DNA from: Myxococcota bacterium | GTDB lineage: Bacteria; Myxococcota_A; UBA9160; UBA4427 | Direction: 5' to 3' | Length of the DNA stretch: 64,000 nt | Assembly: GCA_965250285.1 (NCBI GenBank) | Contig: OZ252299.1 | Location: 5,664,001-5,728,000, forward strand | Shown: positions 9,941 through 19,156 of the stretch, in pieces | How positions within the stretch are numbered: the first letter of the stretch is position 1 | Layout: every line of letters begins with the position of its first letter | Program-made: the position numbers and the translations under genes | The notes under the pieces: model-generated | What the model saw: only the letters and a program-made list of their open reading frames with translations | What the model was told of the DNA's origin: nothing | Database searches by the model: none

Positions 9941-11008
9941 TTGGCCGAGATCGACAAGCTCCTGGTGCACTTGAAGGAGAACGGTGGCTCCGATCTCCAC
10001 CTGGTGGCCGGGCTCGAGCCGCGCATGCGCGGCAAGGGCCGGATCGGCGTGATCGATGGCTGGGGTGTGCTCGACGACGAGCGCCTCCGCGACCTGCTCC
10101 GCGAGATCACCACGACGAAGACATGGACCGAGTACGACTCGACCGGCGATCTCGACTTCGCGTACGGGCTCGAGGGCGTCGCGCGCTTTCGTGCGAACTA
10201 CTTCGTGCAGAATGGCGGCGCGGCGGCGGTGTTTCGGATCATTCCCGAAGAGATCATCTCGCTCGAGGATCTGAAGCTGCCCCAGGCCATTCACAGCCTC
10301 GCCGATCTGCACGAGGGGCTCGTGCTCGTCACCGGCCCGACGGGCTCCGGTAAGTCGACGACGCTGGCGGCCATCATCGACCGCATCAACAAGACGTACT
10401 CGAAGCACATCGTGACGATCGAAGACCCGGTCGAGTTCGTGCACCAGAACCGCAACTGCACGTTCTCGCATCGAGAGGTCGGTCTGCACACCGAGGGCTT
10501 CTCGCCCGCGCTTCGCTCGGCGATCCGCCAGGACGCCGACGTCGTGCTCGTCGGTGAGATGCGCGAGATGGAGACGATCTCGCTCGCGATCACCGCGGCC
10601 GAGATGGGCATGCTCGTGTTCGGCACGCTCCACACCAACAACGCCGCCAAGACGGTCGACCGCATCATCGATGCGTTCCCCGCCGACGAGCAGAACATGG
10701 TGCGGCTCTCGCTCTCCGAGTCGCTCGCGGCCATCGTGTCGCAGCTGCTCGTGCCGACCGCCGACGGCAAGGGTCGCGTCGCCGCCAACGAGATCCTGCT
10801 GCGTACCCAGGGTCTGCCCAACGTGATTCGCGAGGGCAACAACCAGATGCTCTATTCGATCATCCAGTCGGGGAAATCGGAGGGCATGCAGGCGATGGAC
10901 GACGTGCTCTTCGAGTACGTCAAGGACGGCAAGATCAGCGGTCACGACGCCTTCATGAAGGCGACGGAGAAGCAGCGCTTCGAGAACTTCGTCGAAGAGG
11001 TCGCTTAG
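9941..11008 (+). CDS. pilT: Type IV pilus twitching-motility ATPase PilT family
   Basis: TTG start after GAGG; GSDLHL, GPTGSGKSTT, TIEDPVE, VGEMR, GTLHT, NVIRE. Confidence 0.88.
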   Translation: MAEIDKLLVHLKENGGSDLHLVAGLEPRMRGKGRIGVIDGWGVLDDERLRDLLREITTTKTWTEYDSTGDLDFAYGLEGVARFRANYFVQNGGAAAVFRIIPEEIISLEDLKLPQAIHSLADLHEGLVLVTGPTGSGKSTTLAAIIDRINKTYSKHIVTIEDPVEFVHQNRNCTFSHREVGLHTEGFSPALRSAIRQDADVVLVGEMREMETISLAITAAEMGMLVFGTLHTNNAAKTVDRIIDAFPADEQNMVRLSLSESLAAIVSQLLVPTADGKGRVAANEILLRTQGLPNVIREGNNQMLYSIIQSGKSEGMQAMDDVLFEYVKDGKISGHDAFMKATEKQRFENFVEEVA

Positions 11009-11215
11009 GCCCCGCTTCGCCCGCGCCTGCGTCCGCGCGTCCGCGACGACTGCCTCGTCACCGAACAATCTCCTCGTTCGCTCGGCCCGACCCGCTTCGG
11101 GCCTTGGCAACCGGGCCCCCACCGCGCCACACTGGGGTGCCGCGGCGTGATCCGCCGCGCGGTTCATCCTGTCTCGGGTGTCCCGGTTCGGACCAGCGAG
11201 GTCAGCGAACAAGGC

Positions 11216-12379
11216 ATGCTGCGTCGTCTCGTGGTGATCCCGATCGCGCTGCTCTTCGCAGGCATCATCGTGGGGCTCCACTACTACCTCGCTCGGCGGC
11301 TGGTCGTCGCGCCGCAGTGGCCCGAGCCGGTCGAGTCGCTGCTGCTCGGGCTCGTGGTCGTGCTGGCCGCGCTGCTCTTCGTCGGCCCGATCGCCGAGCG
11401 CTTCCTGACCCCCGACCAGGCGAAGTGGATCGTCTGGCCGTCCGCACTCTGGATGGGCGTGGGGTGGTTGGTGCTGGTCGGGCTCGTGTTCACCGACGCC
11501 TTGATCGGGCTGCTGGGGCTCTTCGGATCCGCCGAGATGCTGCCGGTGGCCGCTCGAGTGCGTGCATTCGTCCTGCTGCTCGTGGTCGGACCGGCCACGA
11601 TCTCGGCCGTGAAGTCGGCGACGTCGAAGCCCTTCGTTCATCAGGTGCGCGTCGGCCTCGATCGCTGGCCCGACGGCGTGCGTCCGCTGCGAGTGGTGCA
11701 GATCACCGACATTCACATCGGCGTGCTGCTCGGGCGCGACTTCGCGCAGTGGCTCACCGACGAGGTCAACCGTCTTCAGCCCGACGTCATCGCGGTGACC
11801 GGCGACCTGGTCGATGGCACCGTCGAGCATCTGCGCGAACGCGTCGCGCCCTTCGCCGATCTGGCCGCTCCCCTCGGTGTCTACTTCGTGACGGGCAACC
11901 ACGATCACTACTCGGGCGGCCGCGACTGGGTCGCCGAGATCGAGCGGCTCGGGCTGACGCCTCTGCGCAATCGACACGTCGTGCTCGACGTCGACGGGCG
12001 TGAGGTCGTGCTGGCGGGCGTCGACGATCATCGCGGCGGCTACGTGCCCGGTGATGGCGGGGAAGACCTCGACGCGGCGCTCGCAGGCACGCACGACGAC
12101 CGGCCCGTCATTCTGCTCGCGCACGACCCGACGACCTTCAAGGCCGCGAAGGAGCACCACGTCGACCTGCAGATCTCGGGGCACACCCACGGCGGTCAGA
12201 TCTGGCCCTTCCACTATCTCGTCCGACTCGCGCAGCCCTGGGTCGCGGGGCTGCACCAGGAGAACGGCAGCACGATCTGGGTGAGTCGGGGGACGGGGTT
12301 CTGGGGGCCGCCGATGCGGCTCGGCGCGCCGGCCGAGATCACCAACCTCTCGATCGGCTCGCCGCTGTCGAACTTCTGA
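11216..12379 (+). CDS. Membrane-anchored calcineurin-like metallophosphoesterase (YkuE/YaeI-like)
   Basis: N-terminal TM helices; DIH, GDLVD, GNHD, LLAH, SGHTHGGQ motifs. Confidence 0.9.
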   Translation: MLRRLVVIPIALLFAGIIVGLHYYLARRLVVAPQWPEPVESLLLGLVVVLAALLFVGPIAERFLTPDQAKWIVWPSALWMGVGWLVLVGLVFTDALIGLLGLFGSAEMLPVAARVRAFVLLLVVGPATISAVKSATSKPFVHQVRVGLDRWPDGVRPLRVVQITDIHIGVLLGRDFAQWLTDEVNRLQPDVIAVTGDLVDGTVEHLRERVAPFADLAAPLGVYFVTGNHDHYSGGRDWVAEIERLGLTPLRNRHVVLDVDGREVVLAGVDDHRGGYVPGDGGEDLDAALAGTHDDRPVILLAHDPTTFKAAKEHHVDLQISGHTHGGQIWPFHYLVRLAQPWVAGLHQENGSTIWVSRGTGFWGPPMRLGAPAEITNLSIGSPLSNF

Positions 12380-12447
12380 GCGCGGCGCGAGCCGGCAGCG
12401 CATCGGTCAGGCGCGAGCCGGGTGCTCGATTCGCCTTCCGGCTTCCT

Positions 12448-14226
12448 CTACGTGCGATCCGAAGGGCTCGCGGCGGCGAGGCGGACGGTGAAGCATGCGC
12501 CGCCCTGCGGGTTCGGCGCGTAGACCAGCTCGCCGCCGTGGCCGCGCACGATCTCGTGCGAGATTGAGAGGCCGAGCCCGGTGCCGTCGCCCACCTCTTT
12601 CGTCGTGTAGAACGGGTCGAAGATGCGATCGCGGATCGACTCGGGCACGCCCGCGCCGTCATCGATGACGCTCACTTCGGCGCTGTCGCCGTGCTGCAGA
12701 CTCTCGATGACGATGTGCCCCTGGCCGTCGACGGCCTGCAGCGCGTTCGTCAGCAGATTGACGAACACCTGGGTCATCTGGTCGGGTGAGACGTGCGCCC
12801 GACAGTCGTGGCCGAAGCGGCGTTCGAGGCGGACGCCCGGGCCGATCTCGGGAGACGCGAGTCGAACCACGCGCTCGAGCAGCTGATTCAGGTTCGTCTG
12901 GAGCCGGCCGCCGGGCCCCGCGTGCGACAGCTCTCGCACGTCGCGGACGATCGCCGCGGCCCGGTCGATGCCCTCGACCGACTCGCTGATGAGATCTTCG
13001 CCGTCCTTCAGCACCTCTTCGAGCGAGGCGCCGTTCTCACTCGCCGCCAGGCACGCATCGAGCGTCTGCCAGTGCTCCCGCAGCACACCGAGGTTCGTGC
13101 GGACGAACGAGATGGGGTTGTTGATCTCGTGCGCGATGCCCGCGGCCATCTGGCCGACGGCGGCGAGTCGACCCGATGTCACCAGTCGGGTCTTGAGCGA
13201 CTTGACCTCACGCACGTCGCGCAATACCACGACCCGGCCGAGCGGCGCGCCGCGCTCATCGCGCACGGTCGAGATCGAGAGCGAGACCGGCTGCGAGTGT
13301 CCCGACAGGTCGAGCAGCTCGCACTCGACGCCCAGCCGATCCTCGGGCGCGCCGAGATCGAAGCCGGAGAGGTGCTCGCCGAGCGGGCGCCCGACGAGCC
13401 CTCGATGATCGTCGCCGAGCAGGTGGGCCAGGCTCTCGTTTGCGAGCACCACGTGGCCGTCGAGATCGACGAAGGCGACGCCCTCGTTCAGCGCGTGGAG
13501 GATGTGCTCCGAGATCAGCGCGGGCGTGGCCGTGATGTGCGAACCGTTCGAGCCCGAGATCGTCCAGAGCGAAGTCAGCGCGATCAGGCCGAAGCCAGCG
13601 GGTGCGAGGCGGGGTGTCTCGAAACCGAGCGCCGGCAGAACCACGTCGGACAGACCGGCGACGACGACCATCAGAATCACGCTGATGAGCAGAACGCGCC
13701 CCTTCGGTCGCCCGCGTCGGCTGAAGTCGGGCGAGTCGGCGAGCGCGCGTGAGAGCGTGACGTACGCCAACACCGCGCAGCCGAAGAGATAGACGACGCT
13801 CACTGCGAAGAGCGGGCCGTGGGCCGCCTGAGCTCCGAAGCGCGTCTGCTCGACGCCCGAGAAGACGCCGCCCGTGAACAGCTGCCCCACGAACAGTGCG
13901 CCGCCGACGGCGTACATCGCACGCCCGATGCGGCGAGCTCGCACGTGGGGCCGCAGTGCGAGTTCGAAGCAGGTCGCGATGGCCACGGGCCCGATGGCAA
14001 TCAGGGTGAGCCCCGATCCGTAGAGCGCGAACGCGTCGATGCGCTCACTGCTGCTCACGCGATAGACGAAGGCGAGGCCCGTATAGATCGCGAACAGCGC
14101 CATGATCCCACGCGTGTACGCGTTGCGTCGCCGATCGTCCGGGCTCACCGGGCCGCTCCACACCGACAGGCAGTAGGCCATGCAGAGCACGCACGAGAAC
14201 AGCGGAATCAGGGCGTACGGGTCCAT
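12448..14226 (-). CDS. Membrane sensor histidine kinase (7TM + PAS + HisKA + HATPase)
   Basis: About 7 hydrophobic helices, PAS-like region, AHEINNP H-box, NLLTNA, DDGAG, FYTTK, GTGLGL. Confidence 0.9.
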   Translation of the reverse strand: MDPYALIPLFSCVLCMAYCLSVWSGPVSPDDRRRNAYTRGIMALFAIYTGLAFVYRVSSSERIDAFALYGSGLTLIAIGPVAIATCFELALRPHVRARRIGRAMYAVGGALFVGQLFTGGVFSGVEQTRFGAQAAHGPLFAVSVVYLFGCAVLAYVTLSRALADSPDFSRRGRPKGRVLLISVILMVVVAGLSDVVLPALGFETPRLAPAGFGLIALTSLWTISGSNGSHITATPALISEHILHALNEGVAFVDLDGHVVLANESLAHLLGDDHRGLVGRPLGEHLSGFDLGAPEDRLGVECELLDLSGHSQPVSLSISTVRDERGAPLGRVVVLRDVREVKSLKTRLVTSGRLAAVGQMAAGIAHEINNPISFVRTNLGVLREHWQTLDACLAASENGASLEEVLKDGEDLISESVEGIDRAAAIVRDVRELSHAGPGGRLQTNLNQLLERVVRLASPEIGPGVRLERRFGHDCRAHVSPDQMTQVFVNLLTNALQAVDGQGHIVIESLQHGDSAEVSVIDDGAGVPESIRDRIFDPFYTTKEVGDGTGLGLSISHEIVRGHGGELVYAPNPQGGACFTVRLAAASPSDRT

Positions 14227-14479
14227 TCGGACGAGATCTCCCGGTCTGTGGATCGGCCGCTCGAAGCACAGCCTTGAACCGGCGGCGGTGGCTCCCACGG
14301 GGGTCGCGCCGATGCCTTCGACTCGCGGATCGGTCACACTCCCGGCCCCGACCCCATGTCCGTTGGACCCATCTCTCCCAGTGCCGGCTCCGTTTGCGGC
14401 AGCACGTGCGCTGGCCCGAGAGAATTCAAGCGCCAGCCGAGCCGAGCTCGAGTGATCCAGAGGAAGGAAAGAGGAAGCG

Positions 14480-15715
14480 ATGATCGAATGGAGTGAGCAG
14501 CACGAGATGATGCGCGATGCGGTCCGCAAGTTCGTCGAGGCCGAGATCGTGCCGAACGTCGAAGAGCTCGAGCACGGCGACATGCCGCCCTACGACGTCC
14601 TGCGCAAGCTCTACGCGACCTTCGGGATGGACGAGATGGCCGGTGCGCGCTTCGACAAGCAGATCGCGGCCGAAGAAGCGGCCGCGGCGAAGGGTGAGCC
14701 CGTCGAGAAGAAGGAGCGCAAGCGGGGTGGCGGCGGGGACGGCGCCGCGATGAGCCTGATCCCGATCATCGAGCTATGTCGGTTCTGCCCGGGCATGGTG
14801 ACGGCACTCGGTGTGTCGATGGGCCTCACGGGCGGCGCGATCATGAGCAAGGGCACGCTCGAGCAGAAGAAGCGCTGGGGTCGAGATGTGCTCACGATGA
14901 AGAAGATCGGCTCGTGGGCGATCACCGAGCCCGGCTCGGGCAGCGACGCCTTCGGCAGCATGCGCGCGACCGCGCGCCGCGACGGTGACGGCTACGTGCT
15001 GAATGGCAACAAGACCTTCATCACGAATGGCCCCTACGCCGACACCATCGTCTTCATCTGCAAGCTCGAAGAAGCGGGTGTCGACCCGAAGGACCGCAAG
15101 GTGCTGACGTTCGTGCTCGACAGCGGGATGGAGGGCCTCGAGCAAAGCAAGCCGATGCGCAAGATGGGCATGCACAGCTCGCCCACCGGCGAGCTCTTTC
15201 TGCAGGACGTGAAGGTCGGCCGAGATCGCCTGCTCGGCGGCAGCGAAGACAAGAGCAAGGGCCGGGAGGGGGCGAAGGACACGTTCTCGACCGAGCGCGC
15301 GGGCGTGGCAGCGATGGCCCTCGGCATCATCGAGCGCTGCCTCGAGCTGTCGCTCAAGTACGCGAAGGAGCGCGTGCAGTTCGGCAAGCCGATCGGCGAG
15401 TTCCAGCTGATTCAGGACAAGCTCGCACGCATGGAGGTCGCGCGGCTCAACGTGCAGAACCTGGTGTTTCGCGTGATCGAATCGGCCGAGGTCGGGAGCG
15501 GGCTGACGTTCGCCGAAGCGTCGGCGATGAAGCTCTACTCGGCCCGGGCCGCGATGGAAGTCGCCCTCGAGGCGGTGCAGATCTACGGCGGCAACGGCTA
15601 CATGAGTGAGTATCAGGTCGAGCAGCTGGCGCGGGACGCCAAGGTGCTTCAGATCTATGCCGGCACCGACGAGATTCAGATCAGCGCGATCGCGCGCGAT
15701 CTGCTCTCTCAGTAG
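14480..15715 (+). CDS. Acyl-CoA dehydrogenase
   Basis: AITEPGSGSD, LNGNKTFITNG, RVQFGKPI, GGNGYM, IYAGT.EIQ; purine-rich RBS. Confidence 0.95.
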   Translation: MIEWSEQHEMMRDAVRKFVEAEIVPNVEELEHGDMPPYDVLRKLYATFGMDEMAGARFDKQIAAEEAAAAKGEPVEKKERKRGGGGDGAAMSLIPIIELCRFCPGMVTALGVSMGLTGGAIMSKGTLEQKKRWGRDVLTMKKIGSWAITEPGSGSDAFGSMRATARRDGDGYVLNGNKTFITNGPYADTIVFICKLEEAGVDPKDRKVLTFVLDSGMEGLEQSKPMRKMGMHSSPTGELFLQDVKVGRDRLLGGSEDKSKGREGAKDTFSTERAGVAAMALGIIERCLELSLKYAKERVQFGKPIGEFQLIQDKLARMEVARLNVQNLVFRVIESAEVGSGLTFAEASAMKLYSARAAMEVALEAVQIYGGNGYMSEYQVEQLARDAKVLQIYAGTDEIQISAIARDLLSQ

Positions 15716-15724
15716 CCGCCGCGC

Positions 15725-16447
15725 ATGGCCGAGATCGATCGCCTCATCGAGATCATGGCGCGGCTGCGCGATCCCGATGACGGGTGTCCGTGGGACGTCG
15801 AGCAGACCTTCGAGACGATCGCGCCGTACACCATCGAAGAGGCCTACGAAGTCGCCCACGCCATCGAGCGGCGCGACCTCGACGATTTGCGCGAAGAGCT
15901 CGGTGATCTGCTGCTTCAGGTCGTCTACCACGCCCGCATGGCCGAGGAGCAGGGCGCCTTCGCGTTCGACGACGTCGCGACCGCCGTCAGCGACAAGTTG
16001 GTTTGGCGGCACCCGCACGTGTTCGGAGATGCGCAGAGCGGCGGGGACGAGCGTCGCTGGGAAGAGCTCAAGGCCGCGGAGCGCGCCGAGAAGCAGGCTC
16101 GGGCCCGCGCGCGTGGGCAGGCGGATGATCCGCTGGCCGACATCCCGCGCGCTCAGCCGGCGTTGATGCGGTCGAGCAAGCTCGTCGGGCGCGCCTCCAG
16201 CGAGACGGGCGACGACTGTCAGGGCGAGGCCGAGAGCGCGGCGCGGCGCCTCGTCGAGTCGCATCTCGACGCGCTCGGCGAGGGCGTCGAGGTCGAAGCG
16301 CGAGATTCTAGTGCCCTCGGAGCCATTCTACTCGCATGCGTGCGGGTTGCGCGTGCACGGGGTCTCGATGCCGAGGTGTTGCTCCGCGAGGCCAACGCCG
16401 GGCTCGAAGCGCGGATCCGCGAGCGAATCCGTCACCCGAAACCCTGA
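15725..16447 (+). CDS. mazG: MazG nucleoside triphosphate pyrophosphohydrolase (second domain degenerate)
   Basis: LRDPDDGCPWD.EQT, EEAYEV, EELGDLL.QV, RHPHVF; C-terminal domain lacks EE..E/GD motifs. Confidence 0.88.
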   Translation: MAEIDRLIEIMARLRDPDDGCPWDVEQTFETIAPYTIEEAYEVAHAIERRDLDDLREELGDLLLQVVYHARMAEEQGAFAFDDVATAVSDKLVWRHPHVFGDAQSGGDERRWEELKAAERAEKQARARARGQADDPLADIPRAQPALMRSSKLVGRASSETGDDCQGEAESAARRLVESHLDALGEGVEVEARDSSALGAILLACVRVARARGLDAEVLLREANAGLEARIRERIRHPKP

Positions 16448-16521
16448 TCGGGCACCCGCCTCGTCAAGTGCGTGGCGTCACGCGCCGATGAGAACGAAGA
16501 GACGTTCTCGTCGGGAGGTGG

Positions 16522-16968
16522 ATGCGCTCGCCATGGGGCCGCGCGCCCACCCTCCGCTCGCCCGAGAAGCGCATGTTCGTCAGCGACGCCCATCTCTTCG
16601 TGCCGCGCGAGATCCGTTGGACGCCGATCATGGCGCTGCGGTACACCGCGTCGCGCAAGCGCAAGTCGCTGATGCGCCGTCTGAAACGAGACATCCGAAT
16701 GGTGCTGCCCGCGTTGGCGCTGGCCTGCACCTTTGCGGTCACGCTCGCGACGACCGAGCTGGCGATCATCGTCGTGCCCACGGGCGCCGAGCAGAGCCCC
16801 GGCGTGGTCCAGGTTCAGGAGACCATGGCGCGGCTGCTCGCGCCGGCTGAGCCCGAGGCCGCACCGGCACATGCCGAGCGTCGGTCGAACGAAGACGAGC
16901 GAGAGCGCGGGCCGGTGGCGGCGGACGTGCCGCGCCATGCCCGAGCCAGCGTGGCGATGCTGCACTGA
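16522..16968 (+). CDS. Hypothetical single-TM protein
   Basis: Basic stretch followed by one hydrophobic segment, host-like codon usage, fills the gap between mazG and FKBP; start uncertain. Confidence 0.5.
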   Translation: MRSPWGRAPTLRSPEKRMFVSDAHLFVPREIRWTPIMALRYTASRKRKSLMRRLKRDIRMVLPALALACTFAVTLATTELAIIVVPTGAEQSPGVVQVQETMARLLAPAEPEAAPAHAERRSNEDERERGPVAADVPRHARASVAMLH

Positions 16969-17001
16969 TCGCCGGCCCGAGCGCTCTTCTGGGTGCGCGG
17001 G

Positions 17002-17706
17002 CTACTCGACGATCTCGATCAGTTCGACCTCGAAGGTCAGCACCGAGCCACCCTTGATGCCCCGGTTGCCTCGGTCGCCGTAGGCGATCTCGGGCGGGCA
17101 GATCAGCGTCGCCTTCCCGCCTTCCTTCATCATGCCGACCCCTTCGGTCCAGCAGGCGATGACGCGGTTCAGAGGAAACTCGGCCGGCGTGCCGCGCTGC
17201 ACCGAGCTGTCGAACACCGTGCCGTCCCGGAGCGTGCCGTGGTAGTGCACCTTGACGGTGTCCGTCGCGCCCGGTGACTTGCCGTTGCCCGGCTCGATCT
17301 CGGTGAAGATCAGGCCCGAGGGCATCACCTTCGCGCCCTTCGACTTGCCGGCCTTCTCGAGGAAGGCGGTCCCCGCCGCCTTTTCCTTTTCGAGCGCCTG
17401 GCCAGCGCGGTCTTCCGCGAGCGTGCGCAGCTTCGGATCGAAGGTCGCTGCGTCGAGCTCCATGGCTTCGCCCGCGAGACCCGCCTCCACGCCTTCGATC
17501 ACGAGATCCTGCTCGGCCGGCGTCAACATGAAGCTGTCGAGGTTCTTGCTCATCACGACGCCCAGGTAGTAGAGCGTCTTCTCGTCGTCGTTCTTGGGCT
17601 CGGCGAGCGTCAGGCCCGGGATCGCGATGGCCACGAGCAGCGCGAGGCCGAGCGCGAGCTTTGCGGCGCGGCGGGTGAGGGGCTGCGCGAAGGAGGGGCG
17701 GGTCAT
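17002..17706 (-). CDS. FKBP-type peptidyl-prolyl isomerase (FkpA/Mip-like)
   Basis: Signal peptide, FKBP_N, VHYHGTLRDGTVFDSS, VIACWTEG, AYG, LTFEVEL. Confidence 0.95.
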   Translation of the reverse strand: MTRPSFAQPLTRRAAKLALGLALLVAIAIPGLTLAEPKNDDEKTLYYLGVVMSKNLDSFMLTPAEQDLVIEGVEAGLAGEAMELDAATFDPKLRTLAEDRAGQALEKEKAAGTAFLEKAGKSKGAKVMPSGLIFTEIEPGNGKSPGATDTVKVHYHGTLRDGTVFDSSVQRGTPAEFPLNRVIACWTEGVGMMKEGGKATLICPPEIAYGDRGNRGIKGGSVLTFEVELIEIVE

Positions 17707-17936
17707 TCTCGGGTCTCCAGACTTCGGTGAGTGAAACTCGGATCGTCGAACCCTCGGCACGGCGAGGGCCGCAGAGCATACCCCAGGCGGGGTCTCCGGG
17801 ATCAAGTGGATTCGGCGTGAACCGCAGAGCCGAGCGCACGCTCGACCAAGCCGGGCGAGCTGCGGTGTGTGCCGCGGATCACGCCCTGGCGTGCCGCACC
17901 GGAGGCCCGTGCGACACGGTTGCTAGGCTCGAAGCC

Positions 17937-19070
17937 ATGTCGGCCTCTTCGGGTGTGGACCGCGATGCGTGGCTCGATGCAGTGGGCATCGTCGGTGCGC
18001 CCCTGCTTCAGCTGCTCGCCGACTTCGAGGCCGTCGCGCGTCATCTGCATCCGCCGGCGATCGCGGCGCTGCGGGAGCGGCTCACCCCGGACGTCGAAGC
18101 CCTGGCGGTGGCCGTCGACGCCTTCGCGGCGCTCTCGGTGCCCGAGGGCTTCGAAGGTCTCGCGGCCTGCCTGCGCGATGCGAGCGACGCTGCCCTCGAT
18201 GCGGGGCGAAGCTTCACCGACACCGGCGCGCCACACGATGCGATCGGGCGCGTCCTGGGCGCGATGCGGCGCCACGCCGAAGCGCAGGCGCTGCTGTTTC
18301 CGCTCGCCGATGTGTTGCCGCCCGTCCATCGATTCTTCCTCGAGCCGCCCGTGCGGGAGACTCTTCCTCTGCCGGCGCCCGTGGAGCGCGCCAATGCGGC
18401 CCCGGATGACGGTTCGGGTGTGGGACTCTTCCGCGCTGCGAACGGTTCCGATGAGCGAGGGGGTTTCAGCCTCTTCGTGCCCCCGCCGGTGGGCACCGCG
18501 CCGCGGCCGCTCGTCGTCGCCCTGCACGGCGGCAGCGGGCATGGCGCCGAGTTCATCTGGACCTGGCTGCGTGAGGCACGTTCACGCGGCTTTCTCTTGC
18601 TCGCACCGACCTCGTTGCGCACCACCTGGTCGCTCAGCGCCGAAGACGAGGACGGTCCCAACCTCTTGCGACAGCTCGAGTGGGTGACGCGCCGCTGGTC
18701 GATCGACCCCGATCGCCTGCTGCTCACCGGGCTCTCGGATGGCGCGACGTACACGCTGCTTCACGGTCTCGGCGACGGCACGCCCTGGAGCGCGCTGGCG
18801 CCGGTCTCGGGCGTCTTCCATCCGTTCAACTTCGTCAACGGCAACGTCGAGCGCGCACGCGGCCGTCGGATCCATCTCGTGCACGGCGCGCTCGACTGGA
18901 TGTTCCCGGTGGCGACGGCGCGCGAAGCGGCCACGGTGCTCGAAGAGGCCGGGGCCGATCTCGTCTATCGCGAGATCGACGACCTCTCGCATGCGTATCC
19001 GCGCGAAGAGAACGCGCACATCCTCGACTGGTTCGATCCGTCGCTGGCGCTCGAGCGTCCCGGCGACTGA
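17937..19070 (+). CDS. Alpha/beta hydrolase (phospholipase/carboxylesterase-like)
   Basis: LHGGSG, GLSDG nucleophile elbow, HGALD, SHAYP. Confidence 0.85.
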   Translation: MSASSGVDRDAWLDAVGIVGAPLLQLLADFEAVARHLHPPAIAALRERLTPDVEALAVAVDAFAALSVPEGFEGLAACLRDASDAALDAGRSFTDTGAPHDAIGRVLGAMRRHAEAQALLFPLADVLPPVHRFFLEPPVRETLPLPAPVERANAAPDDGSGVGLFRAANGSDERGGFSLFVPPPVGTAPRPLVVALHGGSGHGAEFIWTWLREARSRGFLLLAPTSLRTTWSLSAEDEDGPNLLRQLEWVTRRWSIDPDRLLLTGLSDGATYTLLHGLGDGTPWSALAPVSGVFHPFNFVNGNVERARGRRIHLVHGALDWMFPVATAREAATVLEEAGADLVYREIDDLSHAYPREENAHILDWFDPSLALERPGD

Positions 19071-19080
19071 CCTGCGCATT

Positions 19081-19156
19081 CGCTCGAGGCGTCGCCTTTC
19101 GACGCTTGATCAGCGCTGACGCTCGAAGCGTCGCCTTTCGACGCTTGATCAGCGCT
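19081..19156. repeat. Tandem 39-bp-period repeat, each unit containing a hairpin, overlapping the uvrA stop
   Basis: cgctcga(g/a)gcgtcgcctttcgacgcttgatcagcgct at 19081 and 19120; stem aagcgtcg-ccttt-cgacgctt; between convergent genes. Confidence 0.9.

Noticed and set aside
9872..12403. 843-aa minus-strand ORF (and similar 8059..10113, 39840..42359, 5354..7336, 30828..32432)
   Set aside because: Shadows of well-supported genes on the opposite strand.
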